Shown here in pieces: positions 23,173 through 36,640 of a stretch of DNA of 62,373 nt. The notes beneath the pieces are model-generated. The model saw nothing but the letters and a program-made list of their open reading frames with translations, had not been told where the DNA came from and did not search any database. The DNA is from Sandarakinorhabdus sp. (GTDB taxonomy: Bacteria > Pseudomonadota > Alphaproteobacteria > Sphingomonadales > Sphingomonadaceae): positions 1 to 62,373 of the forward strand of contig JAIMJL010000003.1 in NCBI GenBank assembly GCA_020693225.1, in the 5' to 3' direction. The first letter of the stretch is position 1. Each line of letters opens with the position of its first letter. A program made the position numbers and the translations under genes.

Positions 23173-23914
23173 ACCCCTGCCAGAACAGCCCTGCTGCAAG
23201 CAGCAGGCCAATGGCGACAACGCTGGCCTTCAAGGCTTTGTCTGGCACATGGGCGATGGCGTTTGCGCCCAGCCAGCCGCCGGCCATCGAGCCAATCCCG
23301 AGTGCCAGCGCCGGTGTCCAGGCGACTTCGCCCGATAGCGCGAAAACCGCAGCGCCCGAAAGATTCATCGCGGCCGCCAGCGCATTCTTGTTGGCCTGCG
23401 CCGCTTTCACCGTGCTGCCGGCCAGCGTGAACAGCGCCAGCATCAGGAAGCCGATGCCGCCACCGAAATAGCCGCCATAAATGCCCACCGCGAGCTGCCC
23501 GGCCTTCAGCGGGCCGCGACCCAGATTTTTCGCCTGCACCGGCCGGCCGAACGCGCCGCGCGCGAATAGCGCGGTGGCCGCCAGCACCAGCCAGGGCAGC
23601 ATGCGGCGGAACAGATCGCTGGGGGTTGCCAGCAGCAGCAATGCGCCAACCACCCCGCCTGCAAGGCTAAGGCCCAGCAGCCAGGCAAAGCCTACGCCGC
23701 CGATGCCGGACACCAGCTTGCGGTTGGCGAGCGCGGTGGTGATCTGGCCGGGAAACAGCGCCACGGTGGACGTGAGATTGGCAACGCGGGCATCCAGCCC
23801 GGTTGCCATAAGCGCAGGCAGGGTGATGAAGCTGCCGCCGCCAGCGAGCGCATTCTGAGCGCCGGCCCAGATACCGATGAGCGCAACGCCGGCCAATTGC
23901 CAAATGCCTTCCAG
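23171..23914 (-). CDS. TauE/SafE family sulfite exporter-like permease
   Basis: [13 protein letters not shown] and [12 protein letters not shown] motifs, multiple TM segments; start uncertain (CTG 23914 follows AGGAGG). Confidence 0.88.
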   Translation of the reverse strand: MEGIWQLAGVALIGIWAGAQNALAGGGSFITLPALMATGLDARVANLTSTVALFPGQITTALANRKLVSGIGGVGFAWLLGLSLAGGVVGALLLLATPSDLFRRMLPWLVLAATALFARGAFGRPVQAKNLGRGPLKAGQLAVGIYGGYFGGGIGFLMLALFTLAGSTVKAAQANKNALAAAMNLSGAAVFALSGEVAWTPALALGIGSMAGGWLGANAIAHVPDKALKASVVAIGLLLAAGLFWQG

Positions 23915-24005
23915 AACCCGCCTCCTGCCCGCTTGCCCGGCACAGGGCGCGGGCCTATTCACACGCCACAGTGGCCGTGCAGCACGGCCTTGGTACCAAA
24001 GCCGC

Positions 24006-24031
24006 CGTGCACATCGTGCACATCGTGCACA
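24006..24031. repeat. 9-bp tandem repeat, about 2.9 copies
   Basis: CGTGCACAT CGTGCACAT CGTGCACA in the tauE/glmM divergent intergenic region. Confidence 0.85.
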
Positions 24032-24054
24032 ACGGCCTTAGAGGATGTGCTATC

Positions 24055-25389
24055 ATGGGAAAGCGATATTTTGGCACCGATGGCATCCGCGGGATTGCCA
24101 ACGGGCCGAAGATGACCCCGGAACTGGCGATGAAAGTGGGGCAGGCGGCGGGGACGCACTTCCTGCGCGGGAGCCACAAGCATCGCGTGCTGATCGGCAA
24201 GGACACACGGCTGTCGGGCTATATGCTGGAGCAGGCGCTGACCGCCGGGTTCACCAGCGTGGGCATGGATGTGGTGCAGGTGGGTCCGATGCCGACACCT
24301 GCGGTGGCGCTGTTGACGCGGGAAATGCGCGCAGACCTTGGCGTGATGCTGTCGGCCAGCCACAATCCCTTTCAGGACAATGGCATCAAGCTGTTCGGCC
24401 CGGATGGCTACAAGCTGACCGACGCGGACGAGCTGGCGATCGAGGCGCTGATGGCCGGGCAGGCGGCGCTGGCGGATGCATCCGGAATCGGCCGGGCGCG
24501 GCGGATCGATGATGCGCGCGGGCGCTATATCCATGCGGTGAAATCCAGCTTTCCGGAAAGCCTGCGGCTGGACGGCTTGAAGCTGGTGGTCGATTGCGCG
24601 CACGGGGCGGCCTACAAGGTGGCACCCGAAGCATTGTGGGAGCTGGGCGCGAACCTGACAACGATCGGCGCGTCGCCCAACGGCACCAACATCAACGATC
24701 ATGTCGGATCCACGCATCCGCAGGCGCTGGCGGCCAAGGTGCTGGAAACGGGTGCCGACATCGGCATCGCGCTGGACGGCGATGCCGATCGGCTGATCGT
24801 GGTGGATGAAAAGGGCAGCATCGTGGACGGCGACCAGCTGATGGCGCTGATCGTGCAATCGCAGCTTGCGGCGGGCACCCTGCGCGGCGACGGGCTGGTG
24901 ACGACGGTGATGTCCAACCTGGGGCTGGAACGGTTCGTACAAGGGCTGGGCCTGCAGATGCACCGCACGGCGGTAGGCGATCGCTATGTGCTGGAAGGCA
25001 TGCGGACGCATGGTTGCAATGTGGGTGGCGAACAATCCGGGCACATCATCCTGTCGGATCATTCCACCACCGGCGATGGTCTGTTGGCGGCGTTGCAGGT
25101 GCTTGCCGTTTTGGTGCGAGAGGGGCGGCCGGCGAGCCATGTGTTGAACCGCTTTCATGCCTATCCGCAGCTGTTGAAAAATGTGCGGCAGGAGCCGGCC
25201 GTGCTGGAGCATGCCAGCGTGAAGGCGGCGATTGCCGCCGCCGAGGCGGCGCTGGCCGGCAGCGGGCGGCTGCTGGTGCGCAAATCAGGCACCGAGGCGC
25301 TGATCCGGGTGATGGCCGAGGGCGAAGACGAAGCCTTGGTGCTGCAGACCGTGGACATGGTGTGCGACGCTGTGAAAGCGGCGGCTTGA
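24055..25389 (+). CDS. glmM: phosphoglucosamine mutase
   Basis: [34 protein letters not shown]. Confidence 0.97.
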   Translation: MGKRYFGTDGIRGIANGPKMTPELAMKVGQAAGTHFLRGSHKHRVLIGKDTRLSGYMLEQALTAGFTSVGMDVVQVGPMPTPAVALLTREMRADLGVMLSASHNPFQDNGIKLFGPDGYKLTDADELAIEALMAGQAALADASGIGRARRIDDARGRYIHAVKSSFPESLRLDGLKLVVDCAHGAAYKVAPEALWELGANLTTIGASPNGTNINDHVGSTHPQALAAKVLETGADIGIALDGDADRLIVVDEKGSIVDGDQLMALIVQSQLAAGTLRGDGLVTTVMSNLGLERFVQGLGLQMHRTAVGDRYVLEGMRTHGCNVGGEQSGHIILSDHSTTGDGLLAALQVLAVLVREGRPASHVLNRFHAYPQLLKNVRQEPAVLEHASVKAAIAAAEAALAGSGRLLVRKSGTEALIRVMAEGEDEALVLQTVDMVCDAVKAAA

Positions 25390-26183
25390 TCCCGCGAATC
25401 CTCATCATCGCCGGCAGCGATTCCGGCGGTGGCGCCGGGGTGCAGGCGGATATCAAGACAGTCACCATGCTGGGTGGCTTTGCCACAACGGCCATCACGG
25501 CGATCACTGTGCAGAATACGCTGGGGGTGTCTGCCATCCATGCCGTGCCGCAGGATATCATCGCCGGGCAGATCCGGGCGGTGCTGTCGGACATTGGCGC
25601 GGATGCCATCAAGATCGGCATGCTGGGCGACAGTGCCACGATCGAAACCGTGGCGGATTGCCTTGGCGATGTTCGTATCCCGATGATCCTCGATCCGGTG
25701 ATGGTGGCGAAGGGCGGGGCGGCGCTGCTGGCCGAGGAGGCGACCTGGGCGCTGGTACATCGGCTGCTGCCGCTGGCAACCGTGCTGACGCCCAATGTGC
25801 CGGAACTGGCATGCCTTTCGGAGACAGACATAGCTGACGAGGCAGACATGCTGCTGGCCGCGCAGGAGCTGTTGCAGCGCGGGCCGGGCGCAATTCTGGC
25901 CAAGGGCGGGCACCTTGCGGGCGAAACCGTGGTGGACTGGCTGGTGAGCAGAAATGGCCAGCAGCGATACGCCGGCGAACGCATCGAAAGCCGCAACACG
26001 CATGGCACAGGCTGCACGCTGGCCAGCGCGATCGCCTGTCTGGTGGGGGCAGGGGTGCCGCTGCCGGAAGCGGTTGGGCAGGCGCGCGGCTTTGTGCGCG
26101 CGGCGATTGCCGCGGCACCGGGCTTTGGTGCCGGGCATGGGCCGATGCTGCACAATTTCGCGCTGGCAAAATCCGGCGGGTGA
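25386..26183 (+). CDS. thiD: hydroxymethylpyrimidine/phosphomethylpyrimidine kinase
   Basis: [39 protein letters not shown]; TTG start overlaps glmM stop. Confidence 0.96.
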   Translation: MIPRILIIAGSDSGGGAGVQADIKTVTMLGGFATTAITAITVQNTLGVSAIHAVPQDIIAGQIRAVLSDIGADAIKIGMLGDSATIETVADCLGDVRIPMILDPVMVAKGGAALLAEEATWALVHRLLPLATVLTPNVPELACLSETDIADEADMLLAAQELLQRGPGAILAKGGHLAGETVVDWLVSRNGQQRYAGERIESRNTHGTGCTLASAIACLVGAGVPLPEAVGQARGFVRAAIAAAPGFGAGHGPMLHNFALAKSGG

Positions 26184-26190
26184 TCGAGCG

Positions 26191-26797
26191 ATGATCGGCT
26201 TGGGCTGGGGGCTGGAAGGCGAATTTCCCGGCCTGGTTTTCGGCGTGGACGAGGTGGGGCGCGGACCCTGGGCCGGGCCGGTGACAGCGGCCGCGGCCTG
26301 CCTGTCTCCTGATACCGTTCCGGCCGGACTGGCTGACAGCAAGGTGCTCTCGGCCAATGCCCGCGACGATCTGGCCAGACTTTTGCTGGCGGCGGGGAGG
26401 GTGGAGATCGGCTGGGCGAGCGTGCAGGAGATTGACGCACTGAACATTTTGGGCGCGACACATCTGGCCATGGCGCGCGCCATTGAGGCGCTTGCCGCGC
26501 GCATCGGCGCGCCGGCGATGGTGCTGGTAGACGGCAATCGCGTGCCGGACTTGCGCTGGCCGTGCCGGGCGGTGGTGAAGGGGGATGGGTGCGTTGCCAG
26601 CATTGCGGCGGCCAGCATCGCCGCCAAGGTGGCGCGCGATGCGCACATGGCCGACCTTGCAGCGCATTACCCGGCCTATGGATGGGAACGGAACAAGGGC
26701 TATGGGGTGCCCGCGCATGCCGAGGCACTGCGCCAGCAAGGCGTAAGCCCGCACCATCGCCGGTCTTTTGCGCCGATCCGCAAACTCCTCGGCGTTT

Positions 26798-26799
<2 letters not shown>
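26191..26799 (+). CDS. rnhB: ribonuclease HII
   Basis: GVDEVGRGPWAGPV, DSKVL, LVDGN, SIAAASIAAKVARD, HRRSFAPI. Confidence 0.96.
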
Positions 26800-28068
<1,269 letters not shown>

Positions 28069-28084
28069 GATTTCGGGGTTGCGT

Positions 28085-28099
28085 TGATATACTGTTACA
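28085..28099. promoter_or_regulatory. Zur-box-like operator
   Basis: TGATATACTGTTACA versus TGTTATAnTATAACA consensus, about 40 bp upstream of a ZnuD-like receptor. Confidence 0.6.
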
Positions 28100-28137
28100 T
28101 CTAGCAAGGCGGCCCGTTCGCTTGCCAGGATGACTTC

Positions 28138-30201
28138 ATGCGGTTTCTTCGATCTGCCAGCCTCGTTACCATCGCTGCGTTTATGCCGCTCGCAGCTGCA
28201 CAGGCAGACGATGCACCGCCGCCTGACAGCCTGCACGGCGACCTTGGCACCGACATCATCGTGACCGCGCCATTTGCGCGCGATCGTTTCTCGTTGCCTA
28301 CTGCTGTCGGTGTGTTGCAGGGGCCGGCGCTAACCCGCGAAGTGCGTAGCAGCATCGGCGAAACGCTGGCGCGGCAGCCCGGGGTTTCGGCCAGCTGGTT
28401 CGGGCCGAATGCGTCGCGGCCGATCCTGCGCGGCTTCGAGGGTGAGCGGGTGCGGGTTCTGACCGACGGCATCGGCAGCTTCGATGTGTCCAACACATCG
28501 GTGGATCATGCGGTGGCGATCAATCCGCTGCTGGCAGACCGGGTGGAAATCGTGCGCGGACCGGCCAGCCTGCTCTATGGCTCGGCGGCGATCGGCGGGG
28601 TGGTGAACGTGACCGATCGGCGGATCGCCCGCGAGGTGCCGGACGAGCCGGTGCACATCGATGCAAGCGGCACACTGGCATCCGCTGCGAAAGAGCGCGG
28701 TGGCGGTGCGGCGGTCGACGTGCCGCTCGGTGCCACCGGCCTCGTGCTGCACGCCGACGGCAGCTTTCTGCAGACCGGCGATTACCGCACCGGCGGATAT
28801 ATTTTTTCGGAAAGCCTGCGCATGCAGGCAGAGGCAGCGGGCGGCGCGGTCGCCGAACAGGCACAAGCCCGTGGTCGCGTCCAAAACACCGACGCCCGCA
28901 CCTGGGACGCGGCCGGGGGCTTGAGCTTCATTGGCGCGGGCGGCAGCATCGGATTTGCCGTCAGTCGGCTGGAAAGCAACTACGGCATCCCCAATGGTAT
29001 GGACCTGGGTGACGGCGGTGAGGCGGACATTCGCCTCGACCTAAAGCAGACGCGCATCGATGCGCGCGCTGCGGTTCCGCTGGGTGGTGGTTTCGAGCGG
29101 CTGACCTTCCGCTTTGGCTGGGCAGACTATCGCCACGACGAAGTCGAGGCGGATGGCGCCATCGGCACGAGCTTTTTCAACCAGGCGCTGGAAGCCCGCG
29201 TGGAGCTGGTGCAGGCCGAGCGCAGCGGCTGGAAGGGTGCCAGTGGCGCACAGTTTCTCAGCCGGCGCTTCGAGGCGGCCGGCGAAGAGGCTTATATCCC
29301 GCTGAACCTTACCGACCAGACCGGTCTGTTTACGCTGCAGCAGTTCGAGCTGGGCGCAGCGACGGCAGAAGTCGGCGGTCGCTGGGAGCATACGAATGTG
29401 CGCTCGCCGGTGGTGGGCGTGCGGCGCAGCTTTGACAGCTTTTCACTGGCAGCCGGCGTTTCCTTTCCGCTGGCCGAGGGCTGGCGGCTGGCGCTCAGCG
29501 GATCGCATTCCGAGCGCGCGCCATCGGCCGAAGAGCTGTTTGCCAACGGCGCGCATGCGGCAACGGGAGCGGTGGAAATCGGCAATCCCGACTTTGTGAA
29601 GGAGCGTTCGATCGGGGCGGAAGCCGTGCTCCGCGGGCGCGGCGCGGGTTGGCGCGTGGAAGTGTCCGGCTTTTTCAGTCGCTTTAACGACTTCATCTAC
29701 CTGTCTCCCACCGGCGAGACGGATGATGAGTCGGGCCTGCCGATCTTCGAATATCGCCAGCTTCCCGCGCGCTACTGGGGCTTTGAAGCCGAAGGCGCGC
29801 TGACGGTGGCGGAGCTGGGCGAAACGCGCGTGGAGCTGACGGCACTGGCCGACATGGTGCGAGCAGACATACTGGACGGCGGCGGGCCGGTTCCGCGCAT
29901 TCCGGCCTTCCGGATGATCGGCGGCATCGAAGCCAGCGGCGGCGCATTCGGCGGCCGGCTGGAAGCCGAGCATGTGACGCGGCAGACGCGGATTGCCACT
30001 TTCGAGACCGAGACGCCGGCTTATACGCTGATCAATGCATCGGTGAACTGGCGCCCCTTTGGCGCGGACAATGGGACGACGGTCAGCCTGTCCGCCAACA
30101 ACATCTTTGATGTGGAAGCGCGGCGGCACTCCAGCTTTCTGAAAGACGTGGCCCCGCTGCCGGGGCGGGATTTCCGGCTAAGCCTTCGCGCCAGCTTCTG
30201 A
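28138..30201 (+). CDS. TonB-dependent receptor, ZnuD-like
   Basis: Signal peptide, TonB box DIIVTA, ASRPILRG, SVDHAVAINP, C-terminal HSSFLKDVAPLPGRDFRLSLRASF. Confidence 0.9.
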   Translation: MRFLRSASLVTIAAFMPLAAAQADDAPPPDSLHGDLGTDIIVTAPFARDRFSLPTAVGVLQGPALTREVRSSIGETLARQPGVSASWFGPNASRPILRGFEGERVRVLTDGIGSFDVSNTSVDHAVAINPLLADRVEIVRGPASLLYGSAAIGGVVNVTDRRIAREVPDEPVHIDASGTLASAAKERGGGAAVDVPLGATGLVLHADGSFLQTGDYRTGGYIFSESLRMQAEAAGGAVAEQAQARGRVQNTDARTWDAAGGLSFIGAGGSIGFAVSRLESNYGIPNGMDLGDGGEADIRLDLKQTRIDARAAVPLGGGFERLTFRFGWADYRHDEVEADGAIGTSFFNQALEARVELVQAERSGWKGASGAQFLSRRFEAAGEEAYIPLNLTDQTGLFTLQQFELGAATAEVGGRWEHTNVRSPVVGVRRSFDSFSLAAGVSFPLAEGWRLALSGSHSERAPSAEELFANGAHAATGAVEIGNPDFVKERSIGAEAVLRGRGAGWRVEVSGFFSRFNDFIYLSPTGETDDESGLPIFEYRQLPARYWGFEAEGALTVAELGETRVELTALADMVRADILDGGGPVPRIPAFRMIGGIEASGGAFGGRLEAEHVTRQTRIATFETETPAYTLINASVNWRPFGADNGTTVSLSANNIFDVEARRHSSFLKDVAPLPGRDFRLSLRASF

Positions 30202-30206
30202 CCCAG

Positions 30207-30240
30207 CCAGGCCGCCGCGCGTTGCGCGACGGCCTGGTTT
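30207..30240. terminator. terminator hairpin between convergent TBDR and katG
   Basis: CCAGGCCGCCGCGC-GTT-GCGCGACGGCCTGG-TTT. Confidence 0.6.
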
Positions 30241-30246
30241 GCCCGT

Positions 30247-33493
<3,247 letters not shown>

Positions 33494-33494
<1 letters not shown>

Positions 33495-34594
33495 CAGCCA
33501 CCGTGCAGAAAGTGCATCACATCGCCGTCCTGCACCACATAGGTCTTGCCTTCGGCGCGGAGCTTGCCGTGCTCGCGCGCGCCGGCTTCGCCGTTGAAGG
33601 CGATGAAGTCTGCATAGGCGATGGTTTCAGCGCGGATGAAGCGGGCTTCGAAATCGCTGTGGATGACACCAGCGGCCTGCGGCGCGGTGGCGCCCTTTTC
33701 TACCGTCCAGGCGCGGGTTTCCTTGGGGCCGACGGTGAAATAGGTGATCAGGTGCAGCAGTTCATAGCCGGCGCGGATGATACGACCGAGGCCGGTTTCC
33801 TTGAGGCCCAGCTCTTCCAGGAACAGCCCGCGTTCATCGGCGGCCATGGTGGCGATTTCCGCCTCGATCGCCGCCGAAATCACAACCGACCCCGCGCCTT
33901 GCCGTTCCGCCATGGCGGCAACTTGGGCGGAAAAGGCGTTGCCGGTGGCGGCCGAGGCCTCCTCCACATTGCAGACATAGAGAACCGGCTTGCCGGTGAG
34001 CAGCTGCGCTTGCGCGAGATGCCGCGCTTCGTCGGCATCGCGCGGCTCTGCGAGCCGCGCGGGCTTGCCATCGCGCAACAGGTCCAGCGCGAGGGTCAGC
34101 GCGGCGGCGGCGGCTTTCGCCTCCTTGTCGCCGCTCTGGGCCTTTTTGGCGAGTGCCGGAACGCGGCGCTCAAGGCTGTCCAGATCGGCCAGCATCAGCT
34201 CGGTTTCCACCGTTTCGGCGTCTGCCACCGGATCGATGCGGCCCTCCACATGGGTGATGTCGTCATCCTCGAAGCAGCGCAGCACGTGGACGATAGCGTC
34301 CACCTCACGGATGTTGGCGAGGAACTGGTTGCCGAGGCCTTCGCCTTTGGAGGCGCCACGCACCAGGCCGGCAATATCCACAAAGCCAAGCTGGGTTTCG
34401 ATGATTTTGGCCGAGCCGCCAATCTTGGCGATGGTCTCAAGGCGCGCATCCGGCACGCCCACATTGCCGACATTCGGCTCGATCGTGCAGAAGGGATAGT
34501 TCGCCGCCTGCGCTGCCGCCGTTTCGGTCAACGCGTTGAAAAGCGTGGATTTCCCCACATTGGGAAGGCCAACAATGCCACAGCGGAAACCCAT
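33494..34594 (-). CDS. ychF: redox-regulated ATPase YchF
   Basis: GIVGLPNVGKSTLFNALT, ANYPFCTIEPN, DIAGLVRGASKGEGLGN. Confidence 0.98.
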
Positions 34595-34679
34595 GAAATT
34601 TCTCCAGATACCTTGATTGTGCGTATCACCGGCAACTTGCCGCCGTCAGCCGATTTTTTCGCCATCTCGCGCAGCCGTC

Positions 34680-35255
34680 TCAGGCTCCGGCCTGCTGCCG
34701 TAGCGCCAGGTCGCTCATGAAGCGAGGGGTGTCGCCAGCAGCCAGCAGGGGTGCCAGATGCGCGATGTCATCCAATAGCTGCGCGAGCCCCGGCTGCTCC
34801 GCCTTGGCGAAGTTGCCCAACACATGCGCAGTCACCCGGTCCTTGTGACCGGGATGGCCGATGCCGATGCGAACGCGCGTGTAATCCTGCCCGACATGCG
34901 CATCGATCGAGCGCAGGCCATTGTGGCCGGCAGCGCCGCCGCCCTGCTTCACCTTCACGCGGAAGGGGTCTAGGTCGAGCTCGTCGTAAAACACCGTAAG
35001 GTCCTGCGGTTCCAGCTTGAAGAAGCGCAGGGCCTCGCCAACGCTGCGGCCGCTTTCGTTCATGAAGGTCATCGGCTTCAGCAGCAGGATTTTTTCACTG
35101 CCCAGATGGCCTTCGCAGAGCAATCCCTGAAAGCGGGCTTTCCAGGGCGAAAAGCGATGCGCGGAAGCAATCGCGTCCGCGGCCATGAAGCCGATATTGT
35201 GGCGATGCTGGGTATATGCCGGGCCGGGATTGCCCAGCCCGGCATAGATCTGCAT
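34680..35255 (-). CDS. pth: peptidyl-tRNA hydrolase
   Basis: GLGNPG, RHNIGF, KPMTFMNESG, GHNGLRS, RVRIGIG. Confidence 0.97.
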   Translation of the reverse strand: MQIYAGLGNPGPAYTQHRHNIGFMAADAIASAHRFSPWKARFQGLLCEGHLGSEKILLLKPMTFMNESGRSVGEALRFFKLEPQDLTVFYDELDLDPFRVKVKQGGGAAGHNGLRSIDAHVGQDYTRVRIGIGHPGHKDRVTAHVLGNFAKAEQPGLAQLLDDIAHLAPLLAAGDTPRFMSDLALRQQAGA

Positions 35256-35869
35256 CAGGCCGCAGCTTCGCCTTCGGCATCGGCTGCGTCTTCTGCACTG
35301 CGCAGGCCAGACGGTGCAACGATGGTGGCCAGCGTGAAATCCCGATCGATGACCGTGGATGCGCCATCCGGCAGCTTCACGACCGAAATATGGATGGAAT
35401 CGCCCACATCGAAGGCCGATACATCGCAGAGCAGCTCTTCCGGGATCTTGTCGGCCGGGCATTTCAGCTCGACTTCGTGCCGCACGATGTTGAGCACACC
35501 GCCGCGCTTCAGGCCAGGGGAGGTTTCCTCGTTGATGAACTTCACCGGCACTTCCACGCTGACCAGCGAATCCTTGGTGATACGCAGGAAATCGACGTGG
35601 ATGGGGCGGTCGGTGATCACATGAAATTGCACATCGCGCGGCAATGCGCGGTGCTTCTTGCCGTCCAGCAAGATTTCGACGACCGAATTCATGAAGTGGC
35701 CGGAGGAAAGCTGCTTCACCAGCAGCTTTTCTTCCACATGGATAGTTTGGGCAGGCTCCTTGCCGCCATAGATTACCGCCGGAACCCGGCCTTCCCGCCG
35801 CACCGCCCGAGAGGCTCCCTTGCCCGCCCGGTCGCGTGCTTCAGCGGGGAGCGAAAGCACATCAGACAT
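35255..35869 (-). CDS. rplY: 50S ribosomal protein L25/CTC
   Basis: [43 protein letters not shown]. Confidence 0.97.
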   Translation of the reverse strand: MSDVLSLPAEARDRAGKGASRAVRREGRVPAVIYGGKEPAQTIHVEEKLLVKQLSSGHFMNSVVEILLDGKKHRALPRDVQFHVITDRPIHVDFLRITKDSLVSVEVPVKFINEETSPGLKRGGVLNIVRHEVELKCPADKIPEELLCDVSAFDVGDSIHISVVKLPDGASTVIDRDFTLATIVAPSGLRSAEDAADAEGEAAA

Positions 35870-35938
35870 ATCATTCTCCAATACAAAACCTCCCGACGCC
35901 TCCAGGGGTGCGCCGGGTCCGGATGGGCTCCATAGGGA

Positions 35939-36430
35939 ATGGCGGGCGCTATCGCAATGGAAAATTGTTCGTTGAGACATGGGCAAGAATTCGCTATCAA
36001 ATCAGCCATCGGCGACTATGTCGAAGATACCTTCACCAACACTGGTCTTGGCAGCGCATCCATCATGTCTGCGAGCTTCAACATCGAGAACCTCCTCGGC
36101 GGCTTGTCAGACGATATGGTGGTGAACATTTTCGTCGATGGCGTGCTGTTTTAAACGGTCAATGTTCCGGCGTGCAACTACTGTGGAGAAGTCCAGAACT
36201 ACAGTCCGTTCAGTTCGGGGCCGGTAGCGATCGGTGATGACTACACCATACGGTATGTGCTGGGTTCGTCCCGCGATGCCGCCGACGGATCCATCAGCTT
36301 TCTCAGCGGCGGATTCGTCATATTGGATGATGGCGCGGTGGTCCCCGAGCCGGCGAGCTGGGCGATGATGATCGCCGGATTCGGGCTGGTGGGTGGCACG
36401 ATGCGCCGGCGGAGAGCAGCTGCCGCCTGA
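35939..36430 (+). pseudogene. PEPxxWA-CTERM gene interrupted by an in-frame TAA and lacking a signal peptide
   Basis: ORF 35939-36154 continues in the same frame after TAA: TVNVPACNYCGE...VVPEPASWAMMIAGFGLVGGTMRRRRAAAA, TGA 36428-36430. Confidence 0.8.
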
Positions 36431-36475
36431 GGTTGCGCCACCACTGCTGCAGAGGGCAGATATTGGGCACCTTTG

Positions 36476-36507
36476 AATGCCGCCTCGCCAAATGGCGAGG
36501 CGGCATT
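36476..36507. terminator. perfect 15-bp inverted repeat, probable terminator
   Basis: AATGCCGCCTCGCCA-AA-TGGCGAGGCGGCATT. Confidence 0.65.
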
Positions 36508-36589
36508 TCCGTGCTCGGGAGCCACAATTACAGACGTGGCGGTTTTTCGCTATTGAAAGTCTATTGCAAGAAGATTGGCGGTCTTCTAG

Positions 36590-36612
36590 TTGACAGTGAT
36601 AATCAGTCGCAA
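36590..36612 (+). promoter_or_regulatory. Fur-box-like operator overlapping -35 TTGACA
   Basis: GACAGTGATAATCAGTCGC matches 14/19 positions of GATAATGATAATCATTATC; upstream of an iron-type TBDR. Confidence 0.65.
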
Positions 36613-36640
36613 CAGGCGATGTGATGCTCTGGAGGCCTCC

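Noticed and set aside
36152-36154. Programmed stop-codon readthrough or recoding
   Set aside because: TAA terminates other genes here (FKBP, ctaG, atpB, the FecA-like TBDR), and the ORF also lacks a signal peptide, so decay is more likely.
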